Counted from the stretch's first letter, positions 9,838 through 19,876 are shown. The stretch is DNA of 64,000 nucleotides from an uncultured Eubacteriales bacterium (GCA_900316415.1 ONCV01000002.1:107211-171210); one strand, 5' to 3'. Program-made: numbers and translations. The notes: a model not told the origin generated them from the letters alone.

Positions 9838-9860
9838 GAGAAGGCAAGCCCGGCCGGGGC

Positions 9861-10859
9861 TTACCGCCGGTCTTTCAGCCGGTTCTTTTCATCCCCGCCG
9901 GAGCGGTTGGCCTTTTCCTGGTTTCCGGCCAGAATGTGCTTCACCAGCGTCATGCGGAATCCGGCGTCGATAAAGTCGCAGTGCTTGCAGAAGGGATAGT
10001 TCTGCCGGCCTTCCGCGATCGCCTCCCGCACCTTCCGAAGCTTCGGATTGTCCCAGCATTCCTTCAGGGACATGGTATGCAGATCCCCGAAATCCGTCAC
10101 CTCATAATTGTCGCAGCAGCAGAGCCCCGCCTTGCCGTTGGGCATGATCCACATGTCCGTAAAGGGCAGCAGGCAGGTTTCCTGAACGACCTTCTCCGTC
10201 GCCTGCTTGTTCGGGGCGGAGCCGGCCCGGTTGGTCAGCACCTCCTGCAGATACCGCATCTGGATGACGATGTCGATTCCCTCGAATTCCTCCGGGTGAT
10301 CCTTCGCGTAATCGTAGATCTCCTGGATATTCCGGTGCATTTTGTAGCTGTTGGCGTAGTTGTTGATGATCAGCTGATCCAGATAGGGCTGCAGCGCCTT
10401 CAGCTTCTCCATGTTCAGAATCAGCCCGTTGGTGGACATGAAGATGAAGCTCTCCGGCAGCTTTTCCCGGGCATACTGATGCATCTCCACGATCCGCTTG
10501 TCCAGCAGGGGCTCGTTGTTTCCGTACAGGGTCAGGTGTCCCCGGTATCCCCAGTCCGCCAGCTGGTCAATGATGGATTTGTACAGCTCCATGTCCATCA
10601 GCTGGAAGGGCCGCTTCTCCGCGTGAATGTTCGCCGTGCAGAAGGCGCAGGTGGAATTGCACCGGTTGATGGTCTCGATGTTGACCACGTTCGGCATGGG
10701 GGCTTCCTTCTGCTCCAGGAAGTATTTCGTATATTTCTCCTGCATCCGCCGCCGGGTCAGGAACTGAAGCTTCAGATACGCCTCGCTGGAAAGCCGCGGA
10801 TACTTCACCCGGGCCCAGAAGCCGAATTTTCCCAGAAAACTGCTGATTCGAACTGCCAT
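9861..10859 (-). CDS. Radical SAM protein with C-terminal SPASM/twitch domain
   Basis: CNSTCAFC (CxxxCxxC), YGNNEPLLD, C-terminal CLLPF..NG..LCCCD..G.L..W..CKHC. Confidence 0.9.
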   Translation of the reverse strand: MAVRISSFLGKFGFWARVKYPRLSSEAYLKLQFLTRRRMQEKYTKYFLEQKEAPMPNVVNIETINRCNSTCAFCTANIHAEKRPFQLMDMELYKSIIDQLADWGYRGHLTLYGNNEPLLDKRIVEMHQYAREKLPESFIFMSTNGLILNMEKLKALQPYLDQLIINNYANSYKMHRNIQEIYDYAKDHPEEFEGIDIVIQMRYLQEVLTNRAGSAPNKQATEKVVQETCLLPFTDMWIMPNGKAGLCCCDNYEVTDFGDLHTMSLKECWDNPKLRKVREAIAEGRQNYPFCKHCDFIDAGFRMTLVKHILAGNQEKANRSGGDEKNRLKDRR

Positions 10860-10892
10860 GATCGTTCTCCTGTCATGATGATGCGCGGCCGG

Positions 10893-12446
10893 TCAGGATT
10901 TTCCCACTTCATGGTATTCCTGCTCGGTGTTCACGCTCCAGATGTTCTTCTTGTCCTTCGCTCCGGAAAGGATATTCTTCACCGTTTCAAAGGAGGTGCA
11001 CATGCTGTGGTCAATGTTGTTGTACCGGTGCTGCCCGTTCCGGCCGACACAGTACAGATTGTCAATGGTATCCAGCCAGTCCCGCAGGCTGTCGATCCGG
11101 TCATAGGTGTCGAAATACGCCGGATAGGCCTTCTTCACCCGCTCCACGTGGAAGTCCAGCACCTCGTCCTCCCGGTCAATGAGGCCCAGCTCCACCATCT
11201 CATGGATGCCCATTCTGCCGAAGTCCTCGTCCGACATGGACCACATCGCGTCGCCTTCGTTGCAGAAGTATTCCAGCCCCATCCAGACCGTATGTTCCAG
11301 ATCCTGAACCATGTAGGGGGACCAGTTGTTGTAAATCTGGAAGCGGCCCATCTGAACGTGCCGGTCGTGCACATAGACCCAGTTGTCCGGCACGATGTTC
11401 CCGATGGTTTTGATCTTCGTCTTGTTCTCCAGCTTCAGCCGGGGGATCAGCACGCCCACGGTCATGTAATCCCGGTAGGGCAGGCCCTCCGCGATCGACC
11501 GGACCTCCTCCGGCACGTCATTCATGCCGTGGATCAGATCCTTCAGCGGCATGGAGGAGATGACGCAGTCCGCGGGCAGGAGCTTTTCCTCCCCGTCCTG
11601 AATCACCTTCAGCCCGGTCACCCGGCTGCCTTCCTTCACCACGCCGACGACCCGGCTGTTCAGCAGCACATGTCCGCCCCGCTTTTCAATCTCCGCGGCG
11701 GTGATCTCCCACAGCTGGCCGGGGCCGAGCTTCGGATAGGCGAATTCCTCGATCAGGGAGGTTTCGACCTTCCGGTTCTTCTGGTGGAACATCTTGCCGA
11801 AGATATCCTTCAGGATCGCCCGGATGCTCAGTCCCTTCACCCGCTGGGCTCCCCAGGAGGGATCGATCTCGCTCGGATGCCTTCCCCACAGGTTCTCGGT
11901 ATAGTGTTCAAAGAACATGGAGTACAGCTTTTTCCCGAAGCGGTTGATGTAGAAATCCTCCAGGGATTTTTCCTCCCGCTTGTGGAACAGGGTCTTCAGA
12001 TACGAAAAGCCCACGACGATCGTGGTTCCAAAGCCCATATTTTTGATGGTTTCCATCCGCAGCGAGATGGGATAGTCAAAAAACTTCGAATTGAAGAAGA
12101 TCCGGCTCAGCCGGTTCCGGCGCAGCATCACCCGATCCGTCTTCTCCGGATCGGGACCTCCCTCCCGGATCTGCGAAGTGCGGCCAAGCACCCGGTCGTC
12201 CCAGGGCAGGGCGCCCTGGGTGGGCAGCATCTGCTCCCACCAGGCATTCACCTCGGGCACCTTGGAGAAGAACCGGTGCCCGCCCATGTCCATGCGGTTT
12301 CCGTGCCAGGCCACCGTTTTGGAGATTCCGCCCACCTGCGGGCCCTCCTCCAGCACGGTCACCTCGTATTCATCCGATTGCCGCAGCAGCTCGTACCCCG
12401 CCGTCAGGCCCGCGGGACCGCCTCCAATGATCAGCGCTTTCTTCAT
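10893..12446 (-). CDS. FAD-dependent oxidoreductase, UDP-galactopyranose-mutase-like family
   Basis: IIGGGPAGL dinucleotide fold, GG..KT, DMGGHRFFSK, C-terminal GRNGQHRYNNIDHSM. Confidence 0.8.
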   Translation of the reverse strand: MKKALIIGGGPAGLTAGYELLRQSDEYEVTVLEEGPQVGGISKTVAWHGNRMDMGGHRFFSKVPEVNAWWEQMLPTQGALPWDDRVLGRTSQIREGGPDPEKTDRVMLRRNRLSRIFFNSKFFDYPISLRMETIKNMGFGTTIVVGFSYLKTLFHKREEKSLEDFYINRFGKKLYSMFFEHYTENLWGRHPSEIDPSWGAQRVKGLSIRAILKDIFGKMFHQKNRKVETSLIEEFAYPKLGPGQLWEITAAEIEKRGGHVLLNSRVVGVVKEGSRVTGLKVIQDGEEKLLPADCVISSMPLKDLIHGMNDVPEEVRSIAEGLPYRDYMTVGVLIPRLKLENKTKIKTIGNIVPDNWVYVHDRHVQMGRFQIYNNWSPYMVQDLEHTVWMGLEYFCNEGDAMWSMSDEDFGRMGIHEMVELGLIDREDEVLDFHVERVKKAYPAYFDTYDRIDSLRDWLDTIDNLYCVGRNGQHRYNNIDHSMCTSFETVKNILSGAKDKKNIWSVNTEQEYHEVGKS

Positions 12447-12531
12447 CTAACCTTCGTCCGCAGAATCCCCTGCGCCTCCTGTAGTTCGTTTCCGTCCCGG
12501 GCTTTCCTGTTTATCGAAAGCCGTACAGTTC

Positions 12532-12560
12532 AGTTTATCCCCCGCCTGTGTATTTGTCAA
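12532..12560 (-). promoter_or_regulatory. sigmaA-type promoter for the oxidoreductase/radical SAM unit
   Basis: TTGACA-17nt-TAAACT on the minus strand in the intergenic gap. Confidence 0.75.
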
Positions 12561-12619
12561 GGAAATGACCGCATGGGCGGGCCGCGGGCGCCGCGTTCCG
12601 CCCGGCGGCGGGGATCCCG

Positions 12620-12970
12620 TTACTTTTCCGCGCGGAGCCATTCCTCCCAGATCTCCGGCTGATAGCCCACCGTGACCCGGTTTCCGCTGCGAACCACCGG
12701 CGTCCGCAGCAGCCAGGGCGCCTCCTGAATCGCGGGAATCAGCAGGCTCTCCTGAACATAATAGCAGGCCGGGTGCTCCTTCACCTTCCGGTCCTCCCGG
12801 TCGATCAGCTTCTCCATGCCCACCTGCTGCAGCATCAGGCGGATTTCCCGCTCTCCCAGGGGATGCTTCTTCAGGTCCATCATCTGCACGGGGATCCGCC
12901 GTTCCCGGAAAAAGCGCTCCGCCTTCTGGACATCGAAATTCTTCTTGGCGCTGTAGATCTGGATGTTCAT
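12620..12970 (-). CDS. ArsC/Spx family protein
   Basis: 116 aa; KNFDVQKAERFF, LLRTPVVR..VTVGY. Confidence 0.8.
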   Translation of the reverse strand: MNIQIYSAKKNFDVQKAERFFRERRIPVQMMDLKKHPLGEREIRLMLQQVGMEKLIDREDRKVKEHPACYYVQESLLIPAIQEAPWLLRTPVVRSGNRVTVGYQPEIWEEWLRAEK

Positions 12971-12974
12971 GGCC

Positions 12975-13943
12975 CTACGCCCTCCCGTTGCGAATGTCCC
13001 GGCCCTGCAGCTGCAGCATCAGCACGTTGCGCCGGTCCGTGAGCCGGGACGCGATCCGCTCCGTATACCGTCCCTTCAGTTCCTCCGGGTTCAGGTTGGT
13101 GCTGATGACGGTGGCCAGGTTCCGGCGCTGCCGCTCGTTGATCAGGTTGAACAGCTGTTCGACGGTCACGTTCTGCATCAGCGGCTCGCTGCCCAGATCG
13201 TCCAGCATCAGCACCTCCGCGCCGATCACCTCTTCCAGGCCATCCTCCCCCTCGAAGTAGCTCCTGCGGGCCGTTTCCAGAAACTGATAAGCGGAAAGCA
13301 GCAGCACCTGGGTCCCCCGCCCGATCAGCCGGCTGGCCATGGCGTGCAGCAGGAAGGTTTTTCCCAGTCCGGATTTCCCGGAAAGCACCAGATCCCGCGG
13401 ATTCTGGCGGGGATACAGGTCCACCCATTTTTCGCACGCCTCCCGAACCAGCAGGATGCTTTCCCGCTGTGTAAAGGACGAGCCCTCCGTGCGCTCCTCC
13501 GGAAACAGCTCCGGATCAAAGTTCTCAAAGGTTTCCCGGCCGTCCTCCGGCAGGCCGATGGCCGCGCGCAGCTTTTCCTGATATCTTCTCTGCACGCAGC
13601 TGCACCGCTCCCGCACCCGGTCGCCCACAAAGCCCGTATCCCGGCACAGGGCACAGGAATAAACCGGCGAAAGATAATCCGCCGGATATCCGTGCTTTTC
13701 CAGGGCGAGATGAATTCTTCCGGAGATTTCCTCCATGCGTTCCGGCAGGTTTCCCGCGGCCGCGTGCCCCGCCAGGATGCCGCGCATGCCCTGCTGAATC
13801 AGCGCTTCCCGGCGCTCCATCAGCGCCGCGATCTCCGGCTCCCGGCTTCGGATCGTCTGCCGATGCTCCCGAGCGATGATCTCATTCCGCCGCCGCTGAT
13901 CCTCCAGATCCTGAAGCACCTGGTTCATCAGATCCTCTCGCAT
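12975..13943 (-). CDS. dnaC: DnaC/DnaI-like helicase-loader ATPase
   Basis: CALCRDTG..CSC Zn motif, SGKSGLGKT Walker A, LMLDDLG Walker B, ISTNL, ERIASRL; directly after dnaD. Confidence 0.85.
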   Translation of the reverse strand: MREDLMNQVLQDLEDQRRRNEIIAREHRQTIRSREPEIAALMERREALIQQGMRGILAGHAAAGNLPERMEEISGRIHLALEKHGYPADYLSPVYSCALCRDTGFVGDRVRERCSCVQRRYQEKLRAAIGLPEDGRETFENFDPELFPEERTEGSSFTQRESILLVREACEKWVDLYPRQNPRDLVLSGKSGLGKTFLLHAMASRLIGRGTQVLLLSAYQFLETARRSYFEGEDGLEEVIGAEVLMLDDLGSEPLMQNVTVEQLFNLINERQRRNLATVISTNLNPEELKGRYTERIASRLTDRRNVLMLQLQGRDIRNGRA

Positions 13944-15423
13944 GTAACAGTTCTCCCCTTCTCAGTCTTTCCAGCACCTCGTCCATGTTTTCCCCGGCGC
14001 CGGAATAATCCCGCTGACTGTATTGCTGCGCAGTCACCGTTTTCGCCGGCCGCGCGGGAGAATCCCCCCGGGCGCCTCCCGCCTGCTTTCTCCATTCCGC
14101 CATCGCCGCAGCCAGCTGTTCCTTCTCCCGGATCCCCCGGTCCGCGTAGTCCCGCAGGATTTTGTCCAGATAGAGCATGGGCCGTTCCTTCCCGCAGGCG
14201 GCTTCGGCGGCCATCAGAATGGCCTCCCGGCTGAAGCCCAGCTCGTTTTCCCAGGCGCTGACCATCTCCCGATCCTTCGCGCCCAGGCGATTCTTCATGC
14301 CCCAGATTTTGCGAAGCTCCAGCAGCAGCTCGCTCTGGGCGCGGAAACGGCGGATATAGTTTTCCGCGTCGCCCGCCGTCAGAATGCCCTTCTGCCGCCA
14401 GGACTCCAGCAACTTTTCCACATCCTCCGTCCGGCCCTCGGAGCGGCCGCATTCCCGGGCGGCCATCAGGATCAGCTGCTCCGGATAGGCCGCGGTCATC
14501 CCGCGGTACCACTGCAGCCCCTCCTCGCTGACGGTGCCGCCGCCCAGGGCCTTCAGCACCCGGCGCAGGCCTTCCGCCTCCTCCCGGCTGCGCAGGATCT
14601 CCCGCTCGTCAATCGGGCCGCCCGGAGCCGTCCGCTCCCGAATATTCCGCAGAATGCCGTCCAGGAAGCCCATGGAGGGATCCCCCTTCGCGGTTTCCGC
14701 GCAGGCCTCCTCCACCGCCTCGGGCGTGAAATGCCATTCCATGATCCATTTCCGGTAGAGCGCCAGCTGATCCTGGGAGGGCGGGTTCCGCCGCCCCAGC
14801 CGCTTCAGCACGGCCCGGGTCCCCTGATAGATCGCCTGATCCCGGGTCAGGAATTCCTCCGTCTCCTCCACCGTGCGGATGTTTTCCTTCGCCATTTCCA
14901 GCGCCACCTGTTCCGCGCTCTGGATCGTGAAATTCTTTCCCTTGTTCCGCTCCATATGCTTGAGCAGCATCAGCACCGCTTCCGGAGGCAGCTTCAGCTC
15001 CTCGACCCAGTCATAGCAGGTGCGGATCTCGCTGCCGTGAAGGCGCCGGCCGTTGTCGAACACGCTGTACAGGCTCTCCGCGAAGGCCTCGTATTCCGGA
15101 TCGAGCTGATTCACCGGCGCCAGGACCGCCTGCTGGCGCAGGCTCCGGTACTCATACTGGACCGGATCGTCGCTGATCCGGCGGACCAGGCCCCGCCGCT
15201 CCCAGTACCGATAGGCCCGGGCAATCTCCTCCCCGCTCAGGTTCAGCTCCTGCGCCATCCGCTCCAGGCTCATGTCCTTCTCCGGATGATAGCACCGCAT
15301 CAGACCGTACAGGTACACCCGCACGTCATCTCCCCGAGCCGCGGGAAGATACTCCTGAATAAACTGGTTTTCCACCGGCGTCACGTCAAACATCGCGTAC
15401 CGGTCCTCAAATCCGAAAAGCAC
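13882..15423 (-). CDS. dnaD: DnaD domain protein (replication initiation)
   Basis: TPVENQFIQEYLP.A.GD.V.VYLY N-terminus; repeated DnaD-type motifs (YLDKIL, FLDGILRN); GTG start with AAAGGAGG RBS. Confidence 0.85.
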   Translation of the reverse strand: MLFGFEDRYAMFDVTPVENQFIQEYLPAARGDDVRVYLYGLMRCYHPEKDMSLERMAQELNLSGEEIARAYRYWERRGLVRRISDDPVQYEYRSLRQQAVLAPVNQLDPEYEAFAESLYSVFDNGRRLHGSEIRTCYDWVEELKLPPEAVLMLLKHMERNKGKNFTIQSAEQVALEMAKENIRTVEETEEFLTRDQAIYQGTRAVLKRLGRRNPPSQDQLALYRKWIMEWHFTPEAVEEACAETAKGDPSMGFLDGILRNIRERTAPGGPIDEREILRSREEAEGLRRVLKALGGGTVSEEGLQWYRGMTAAYPEQLILMAARECGRSEGRTEDVEKLLESWRQKGILTAGDAENYIRRFRAQSELLLELRKIWGMKNRLGAKDREMVSAWENELGFSREAILMAAEAACGKERPMLYLDKILRDYADRGIREKEQLAAAMAEWRKQAGGARGDSPARPAKTVTAQQYSQRDYSGAGENMDEVLERLRRGELLHARGSDEPGASGSGGSAAAE

Positions 15424-15482
15424 GCGGGCTTCCTCCTTTCCGCTGCGGTTTTTCCCGTTCCGGTCACCCCTCGCCGCAATGG

Positions 15483-15830
15483 CTACAGCAGCACCGCCAC
15501 CGCGATGCCGGCCAGGATCAGCGCGGTTCCCAGAATCTTTTTCAGGGTCATCCTTTCATGAAAGATGATCACATCAAACGCAAAGATAAACAGATATCCC
15601 GTGGTTTCCAGCAGCGTTCCCTGGGAAACCTCCAGACCGCGGTAGGAATACACCGTCAGGAACGTCGATACCACAAAGATCAGATAGGCGCCGATGACCA
15701 GGGGATTCAGGTATTCCCCCAGGCGGGTTTCATGATTCTTCATGGCCGCCTTCTTCAACATCACCTGGGACACGGCGCTGATAAAGGTGCTGAAGACAAT
15801 GATGCCGGCATAAAGAAGCTTTTCATTCAT
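15483..15830 (-). CDS. Small 4-TM EamA/SMR-type transporter (ArnE/ArnF-like)
   Basis: 115 aa, four hydrophobic segments, SQVMLKKAA, FHERMT.KKILG. Confidence 0.75.
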   Translation of the reverse strand: MNEKLLYAGIIVFSTFISAVSQVMLKKAAMKNHETRLGEYLNPLVIGAYLIFVVSTFLTVYSYRGLEVSQGTLLETTGYLFIFAFDVIIFHERMTLKKILGTALILAGIAVAVLL

Positions 15831-16206
15831 GGCGCGCTTCCTCCCGGTTTCCGCCCCGGTCCTCCAGCGCGAAGAGCACCACGCCGCAGACGATCAGCAC
15901 CATGCCTGCCAGCCGCGCCGGGGTGATCGTTTCCCCGAAGATCACCCGGCCCCAGAAGACGCCCCAGACCACGACCACCGCCTTGTTGGCATAGGCCTGA
16001 AAGAGCGGAAAGACCTTCAGCACCTGCTGCCAGCCCAGCGCGTAAATCCCCAGGCAGAGAAAAATCAGCAGATAGCCCACCAGAAACTCCGCGCTGAGAA
16101 AGGCCGCGCCGGCGATTTTGCGGCTGATCACGCTGGTCAGCGAATAGATCAGGAACAGAACATGCATAAGCAGCAGCATCCCGGCCTTTCGTCCGGTTCC
16201 CTTCAT
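15823..16206 (-). CDS. Small 4-TM EamA/SMR-type transporter (partner subunit)
   Basis: 127 aa, four TM, WQQVLK.FPL..AY, IFGETIT; overlaps its neighbour. Confidence 0.75.
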   Translation of the reverse strand: MKGTGRKAGMLLLMHVLFLIYSLTSVISRKIAGAAFLSAEFLVGYLLIFLCLGIYALGWQQVLKVFPLFQAYANKAVVVVWGVFWGRVIFGETITPARLAGMVLIVCGVVLFALEDRGGNREEARHE

Positions 16207-16565
16207 GGACGGTCCTCCTCCCGGGCTTCCTCCCGTTCCTTTTTCTCCCGGATCGCCACCGTCTGGGCGGTTTCCGTGGTCTGCCGGTGCAGGTCGGAAA
16301 TCCGCTGATCCATCAGGAAAAGCTTGATGATCAGGAGAAAAATGACGATCAGGAACACCAGATTCGCCGCGCTCAGAACCCCGATCCGGGCGGCCAGCCC
16401 GGTCACCAGATCCGGCAGCAGCCCCATCAGCACCAGGATCAGGCTGAAAACCAGCCAGAACACGGAATCCTCCGTCCGCATCCGGCTTTTCCGTACGCGC
16501 AGCAGCACATACAGCGCCGTCAGAAGCGATCCGGCAATCAGCAAAATCCGCATGGTCAGCGACAT
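16203..16565 (-). CDS. DUF2304 family membrane protein (GacJ-like partner of polyprenyl-P-sugar synthase)
   Basis: 120 aa, 3 TM, RVRKSRM..EDSVFW, P..ANLVF; follows a short GT2. Confidence 0.8.
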   Translation of the reverse strand: MSLTMRILLIAGSLLTALYVLLRVRKSRMRTEDSVFWLVFSLILVLMGLLPDLVTGLAARIGVLSAANLVFLIVIFLLIIKLFLMDQRISDLHRQTTETAQTVAIREKKEREEAREEDRP

Positions 16566-16566
16566 C

Positions 16567-17262
16567 TTACAGCTTCTCCTTCCTGAACACCCACTGCAGG
16601 ATAAAGATGTTCATCCCCATCTGGGCCATGTACCGGAAGGATCTTCCCAGGCTCAGATAGCTCTCCCCCGCCTGTCTTTCCCGGATGGACACCGGGCATT
16701 CCCCGACCCGGGCGCCGCTGCGGATCAGGAACGCCAGGGTGTCCGGCTCCGGCCGGGCGGTGGCGGAGAATGCCATGTGCTCCATCACCCTTCGGCCATA
16801 CAGCCGCATGCCGCAGGTGGGATCCGTGATCCTCTTTCCCGTCGTCAGGCGGATGGCCCGCTCAATCATCGCGTTCCCCGCCATCCGAAGGCTTCGGGGG
16901 CGCTTTGCGGTCAGAAACCGGGATCCGATCACCAGGTCCAGCCCGTCCCGCTCCATCTTTTCCTTCATCGGCAGGATAAAGGCGGGATCATGCTGCCCGT
17001 CCGCGTCCAGCTGCATCACGGCGTCATAATCCCGCTCCCAGGCGTACCGAACCCCCGTCTGGAACGCGCCGGTCAGCCCCAGGTTGGTCGGAAGATCCAG
17101 CAGCGGATACCCCTCCCGCCGGCAAAGCTCCCCCGTTCCGTCCCCGGAGCCGTCATTCACGATGATAAAATCGACGCCCGGCGCCTTCTCCCGGATTTCC
17201 CGGATCGTTCCGGGCAGACTCTCCTCCTCGTTGTAGGCCGGTATGACCACCAGCAGTCTCAC
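16567..17262 (-). CDS. GT2 glycosyltransferase, Dol-P-Man synthase-like (polyprenyl-phosphate sugar synthase)
   Basis: IPAYNEE, VNDGSGD, NLGL.GA.QTG, QLDADGQHDP, ITDPTCGMR. Confidence 0.88.
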   Translation of the reverse strand: MRLLVVIPAYNEEESLPGTIREIREKAPGVDFIIVNDGSGDGTGELCRREGYPLLDLPTNLGLTGAFQTGVRYAWERDYDAVMQLDADGQHDPAFILPMKEKMERDGLDLVIGSRFLTAKRPRSLRMAGNAMIERAIRLTTGKRITDPTCGMRLYGRRVMEHMAFSATARPEPDTLAFLIRSGARVGECPVSIRERQAGESYLSLGRSFRYMAQMGMNIFILQWVFRKEKL

Positions 17263-17280
17263 GTCGTTCCCCCCGTCCGT

Positions 17281-18378
17281 TCAAAAACGATTCAACACGT
17301 CCAGCACGTACTGAATCTGCTCCTCCCGCATTCCAGGATACAGCGGAAGGCTGATCTCCGTTTCCGCCAGCTTCTCCGCCGCCGGGAAGTCTCCCCGCCG
17401 GTATCCCAGATCCCGGTACGCCTTCTGCAGATGCACGGGAATCGGATAATGAACCTGCGCGTGGATGCCCAGGTCCTCCAGCCGGGAGAGGAGCGCGTCC
17501 CGCCGGTCCGTCAGCACCGGGAAAATATGGTATCCGTTTCCCGCGTCCTTCTTCAGCAGGCGGATTTTGGGATTCCGGAGCCCGGCCTCGTAGAGGGCCG
17601 CGATCCTTCTGCGCTCCGCCACCCACTCCTCCAGATGGGGAAGCTTGGCCAGCAGCAGCGCCGCCTGCAGCTCATCCAGCCGGGAATTCACGCCCACTTC
17701 GTCATGATGGTATTTCTGCGTGGATCCGTAGTTCGCCAGGGAGCGCACCCGCTCCGCCAGCTCCGGATTGTCCGTCGTCACGCAGCCCGCGTCCCCCAGA
17801 GCTCCCAGGTTCTTTCCCGGATAGAAGGAGAAGCCCGCCGCGTCCCCCAGGGCGCCGGCCCGCCTTCCGTTCCGCGTCGCGCCGTGGGCCTGCGCGGCGT
17901 CCTCCACCAGCATCAGCCCATGCGCCCGGGCCAGGGCTTCAAAGCCCTCCATCTCCGCGATCCGGCCGTAGAGATGCACAGGCATGATTGCCTTCGTCCG
18001 CGGGGTGATCCGCTTTTCCGCCCCCTCCGGAGTCATCAGCGCGGTTTCCGGATCCGGATCCACCAGCACCGGGACGGCTCCCACATAAGAGATCGCCAGC
18101 ACACTGGCAATAAAGGTGTTGGCGGGCACCAGCACCTCGTCCCCGGGGCCGATCCCCCGGGCCAGCAGAATCAGGCGGAGCGCGTCCAGGCCGTTGCCCA
18201 CCCCCACGCAGTATTTCGCGCCGCTGTAGGCGGCAAAGGCCTGCTCAAAGGCCCGGTCCTCCTCCCCCAGGATGAACCAGTCCCGATCCATCACCCTTTT
18301 CCAGGCTGCCTCCAGCTCCGGGCGAATCGCGCTGTGAATCGTCCGGAATTCCTGATAGGGCACCTTCCATTCCGTCAT
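17281..18378 (-). CDS. DegT/DnrJ/EryC1/StrS PLP aminotransferase (FdtB/QdtB-like)
   Basis: VGVGNGLDAL, PVHLYG, EDAAQAHGA, FSFYPGKNLGALGDAG, NSRLDELQAA. Confidence 0.92.
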   Translation of the reverse strand: MTEWKVPYQEFRTIHSAIRPELEAAWKRVMDRDWFILGEEDRAFEQAFAAYSGAKYCVGVGNGLDALRLILLARGIGPGDEVLVPANTFIASVLAISYVGAVPVLVDPDPETALMTPEGAEKRITPRTKAIMPVHLYGRIAEMEGFEALARAHGLMLVEDAAQAHGATRNGRRAGALGDAAGFSFYPGKNLGALGDAGCVTTDNPELAERVRSLANYGSTQKYHHDEVGVNSRLDELQAALLLAKLPHLEEWVAERRRIAALYEAGLRNPKIRLLKKDAGNGYHIFPVLTDRRDALLSRLEDLGIHAQVHYPIPVHLQKAYRDLGYRRGDFPAAEKLAETEISLPLYPGMREEQIQYVLDVLNRF

Positions 18379-18421
18379 GTCTCCGTCTCCTTCCGCGCAT
18401 CCCGGGTTCTCCGCGATGTTC

Positions 18422-19876
18422 TCATGCCGGCGCCTTTTTCCCGCCTCGTCCCGCCCGGATTCTCCGGATCAGCGCTCCCGCTCCGTTCAGAAGGATCGCC
18501 GCGTCCAGCGTCATCAGCAGATACAGGGAGGGATAGAAGTACCGGAAATCATAGGCCGGCGTATCCAGCAGGTACGCAAGATAGTAGAACGCCGCCATGC
18601 CCAGCACCAGGGCGTTTTTCCTTCGGAGGGCTCCCTTTCGGAAATGCTCCGCGGCCGCCAGCAGCACGGTGATCAGGAAGGTCAGCCAGGGATGCTGGGT
18701 ATAGGGTCCCAGCCCCCGGATCGTCGCGATGACGGAATCAAAGAAGGCCTTCCGCTGGGAGGAATCGTTCATGCCGAATTCCGCCATCTGATCCCATCGG
18801 TCGTAGCTGTATTCGGAATCGTCCAGCAGGCCCTGAATGCCCAGGGAGCGCATCATCACATCCCATTTGACGCCCCACCAGATTCCCGGCTTTTCCATCA
18901 TCAGCTGCAGGTATTTGCGCACCGCGGTCATCGTCGCTCCGGGAGCGGACAGCTGCCCGGTGCCCAGATGATCCCCCCACATGAAGCTGCCGGCGGTGTA
19001 TTCGTTGCTCTCCTCCAGGGCGGCCCGGGTGGCGCCTTCCCCGCCGATTTCATCCAGATAGTCCCGGTATTCCGCCCGCTCCTCCTCCGGCATCCGCTGA
19101 ATGGCCGTCAGCATCTCCCACACGATACCCACGGAGGCCGTCGTCTGGGAATGCAGATCAAAAATCCAGGGTACCGCCTTGGTCATCAGCAGCCCGATGA
19201 TCAGCGCAAGGGCCAGGAAGCCCTTCCGGGCCTTCTGCAGATTGCAGCGGAGCAGGGCGAAGCCCAGCACCGGAAGAATGGTCAGGGCATTGGTCCGGTA
19301 CCCGAAGCAGACGAAGGAGGAAAACGCAACCAGCAGCCCCTCCAGAATCCGGTCCCCCCGGCATTTTTCCTCCCCGGCGTGCCAGTAAAGCAGCATCAGG
19401 GCAGTCATCCCGGTCAGGCAGCCGATGCCCGCCTCGTAATAGACGGACATGCCGTAAATCAGCGGACAGCAGGCGAACAGGAACGCCTGCAGCTTCCGGT
19501 GCTTCGGATTCAGCTCCCGGATCAGCAGAAAGGTGACCGCGAAGAAGGCAAAGGCCTGTCCGAAGGTGTACAGCGCCACGTGCCCCGTCAGGCCCCGGCT
19601 CATGGCCATGAAGAAGGACGGAATGATCGTGAAGGCGTTGTTGGTGTCCACGGGCATCCGCATGCCCTTCAGCGTGTTGACCATGGCGTGCAGCACCGCT
19701 CCGCTGGTCGCCACGCGCACATAGGAATCGGAATACCAGATTCCGGGATAGGAAATCAGCGTGCACAGCAGGGCCAGCACGCCGCTTCCGCACCAGACCG
19801 GCAGATTCCGTGCCGCGCACCGGACATAATAGCCCTCCCGGGAAAAGGCCGTTCCGATCCCCCGCTTCGCCTTCAT
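18422..19876 (-). CDS. Polytopic membrane protein, putative GT-C (DUF6020-like)
   Basis: YPGIWYSDSY acidic loop after TM1, R.NA motif, C-terminal DFRYFYP; ~10 TM. Confidence 0.6.
   Translation of the reverse strand: MKAKRGIGTAFSREGYYVRCAARNLPVWCGSGVLALLCTLISYPGIWYSDSYVRVATSGAVLHAMVNTLKGMRMPVDTNNAFTIIPSFFMAMSRGLTGHVALYTFGQAFAFFAVTFLLIRELNPKHRKLQAFLFACCPLIYGMSVYYEAGIGCLTGMTALMLLYWHAGEEKCRGDRILEGLLVAFSSFVCFGYRTNALTILPVLGFALLRCNLQKARKGFLALALIIGLLMTKAVPWIFDLHSQTTASVGIVWEMLTAIQRMPEEERAEYRDYLDEIGGEGATRAALEESNEYTAGSFMWGDHLGTGQLSAPGATMTAVRKYLQLMMEKPGIWWGVKWDVMMRSLGIQGLLDDSEYSYDRWDQMAEFGMNDSSQRKAFFDSVIATIRGLGPYTQHPWLTFLITVLLAAAEHFRKGALRRKNALVLGMAAFYYLAYLLDTPAYDFRYFYPSLYLLMTLDAAILLNGAGALIRRIRAGRGGKKAPA

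Noticed and set aside
12975-13943. IstB-like ATPase suggesting an IS21 element or prophage replication module
   Set aside because: No IstA transposase, terminal repeats, integrase or phage genes nearby; the dnaD-dnaC arrangement is typical of clostridial chromosomes.
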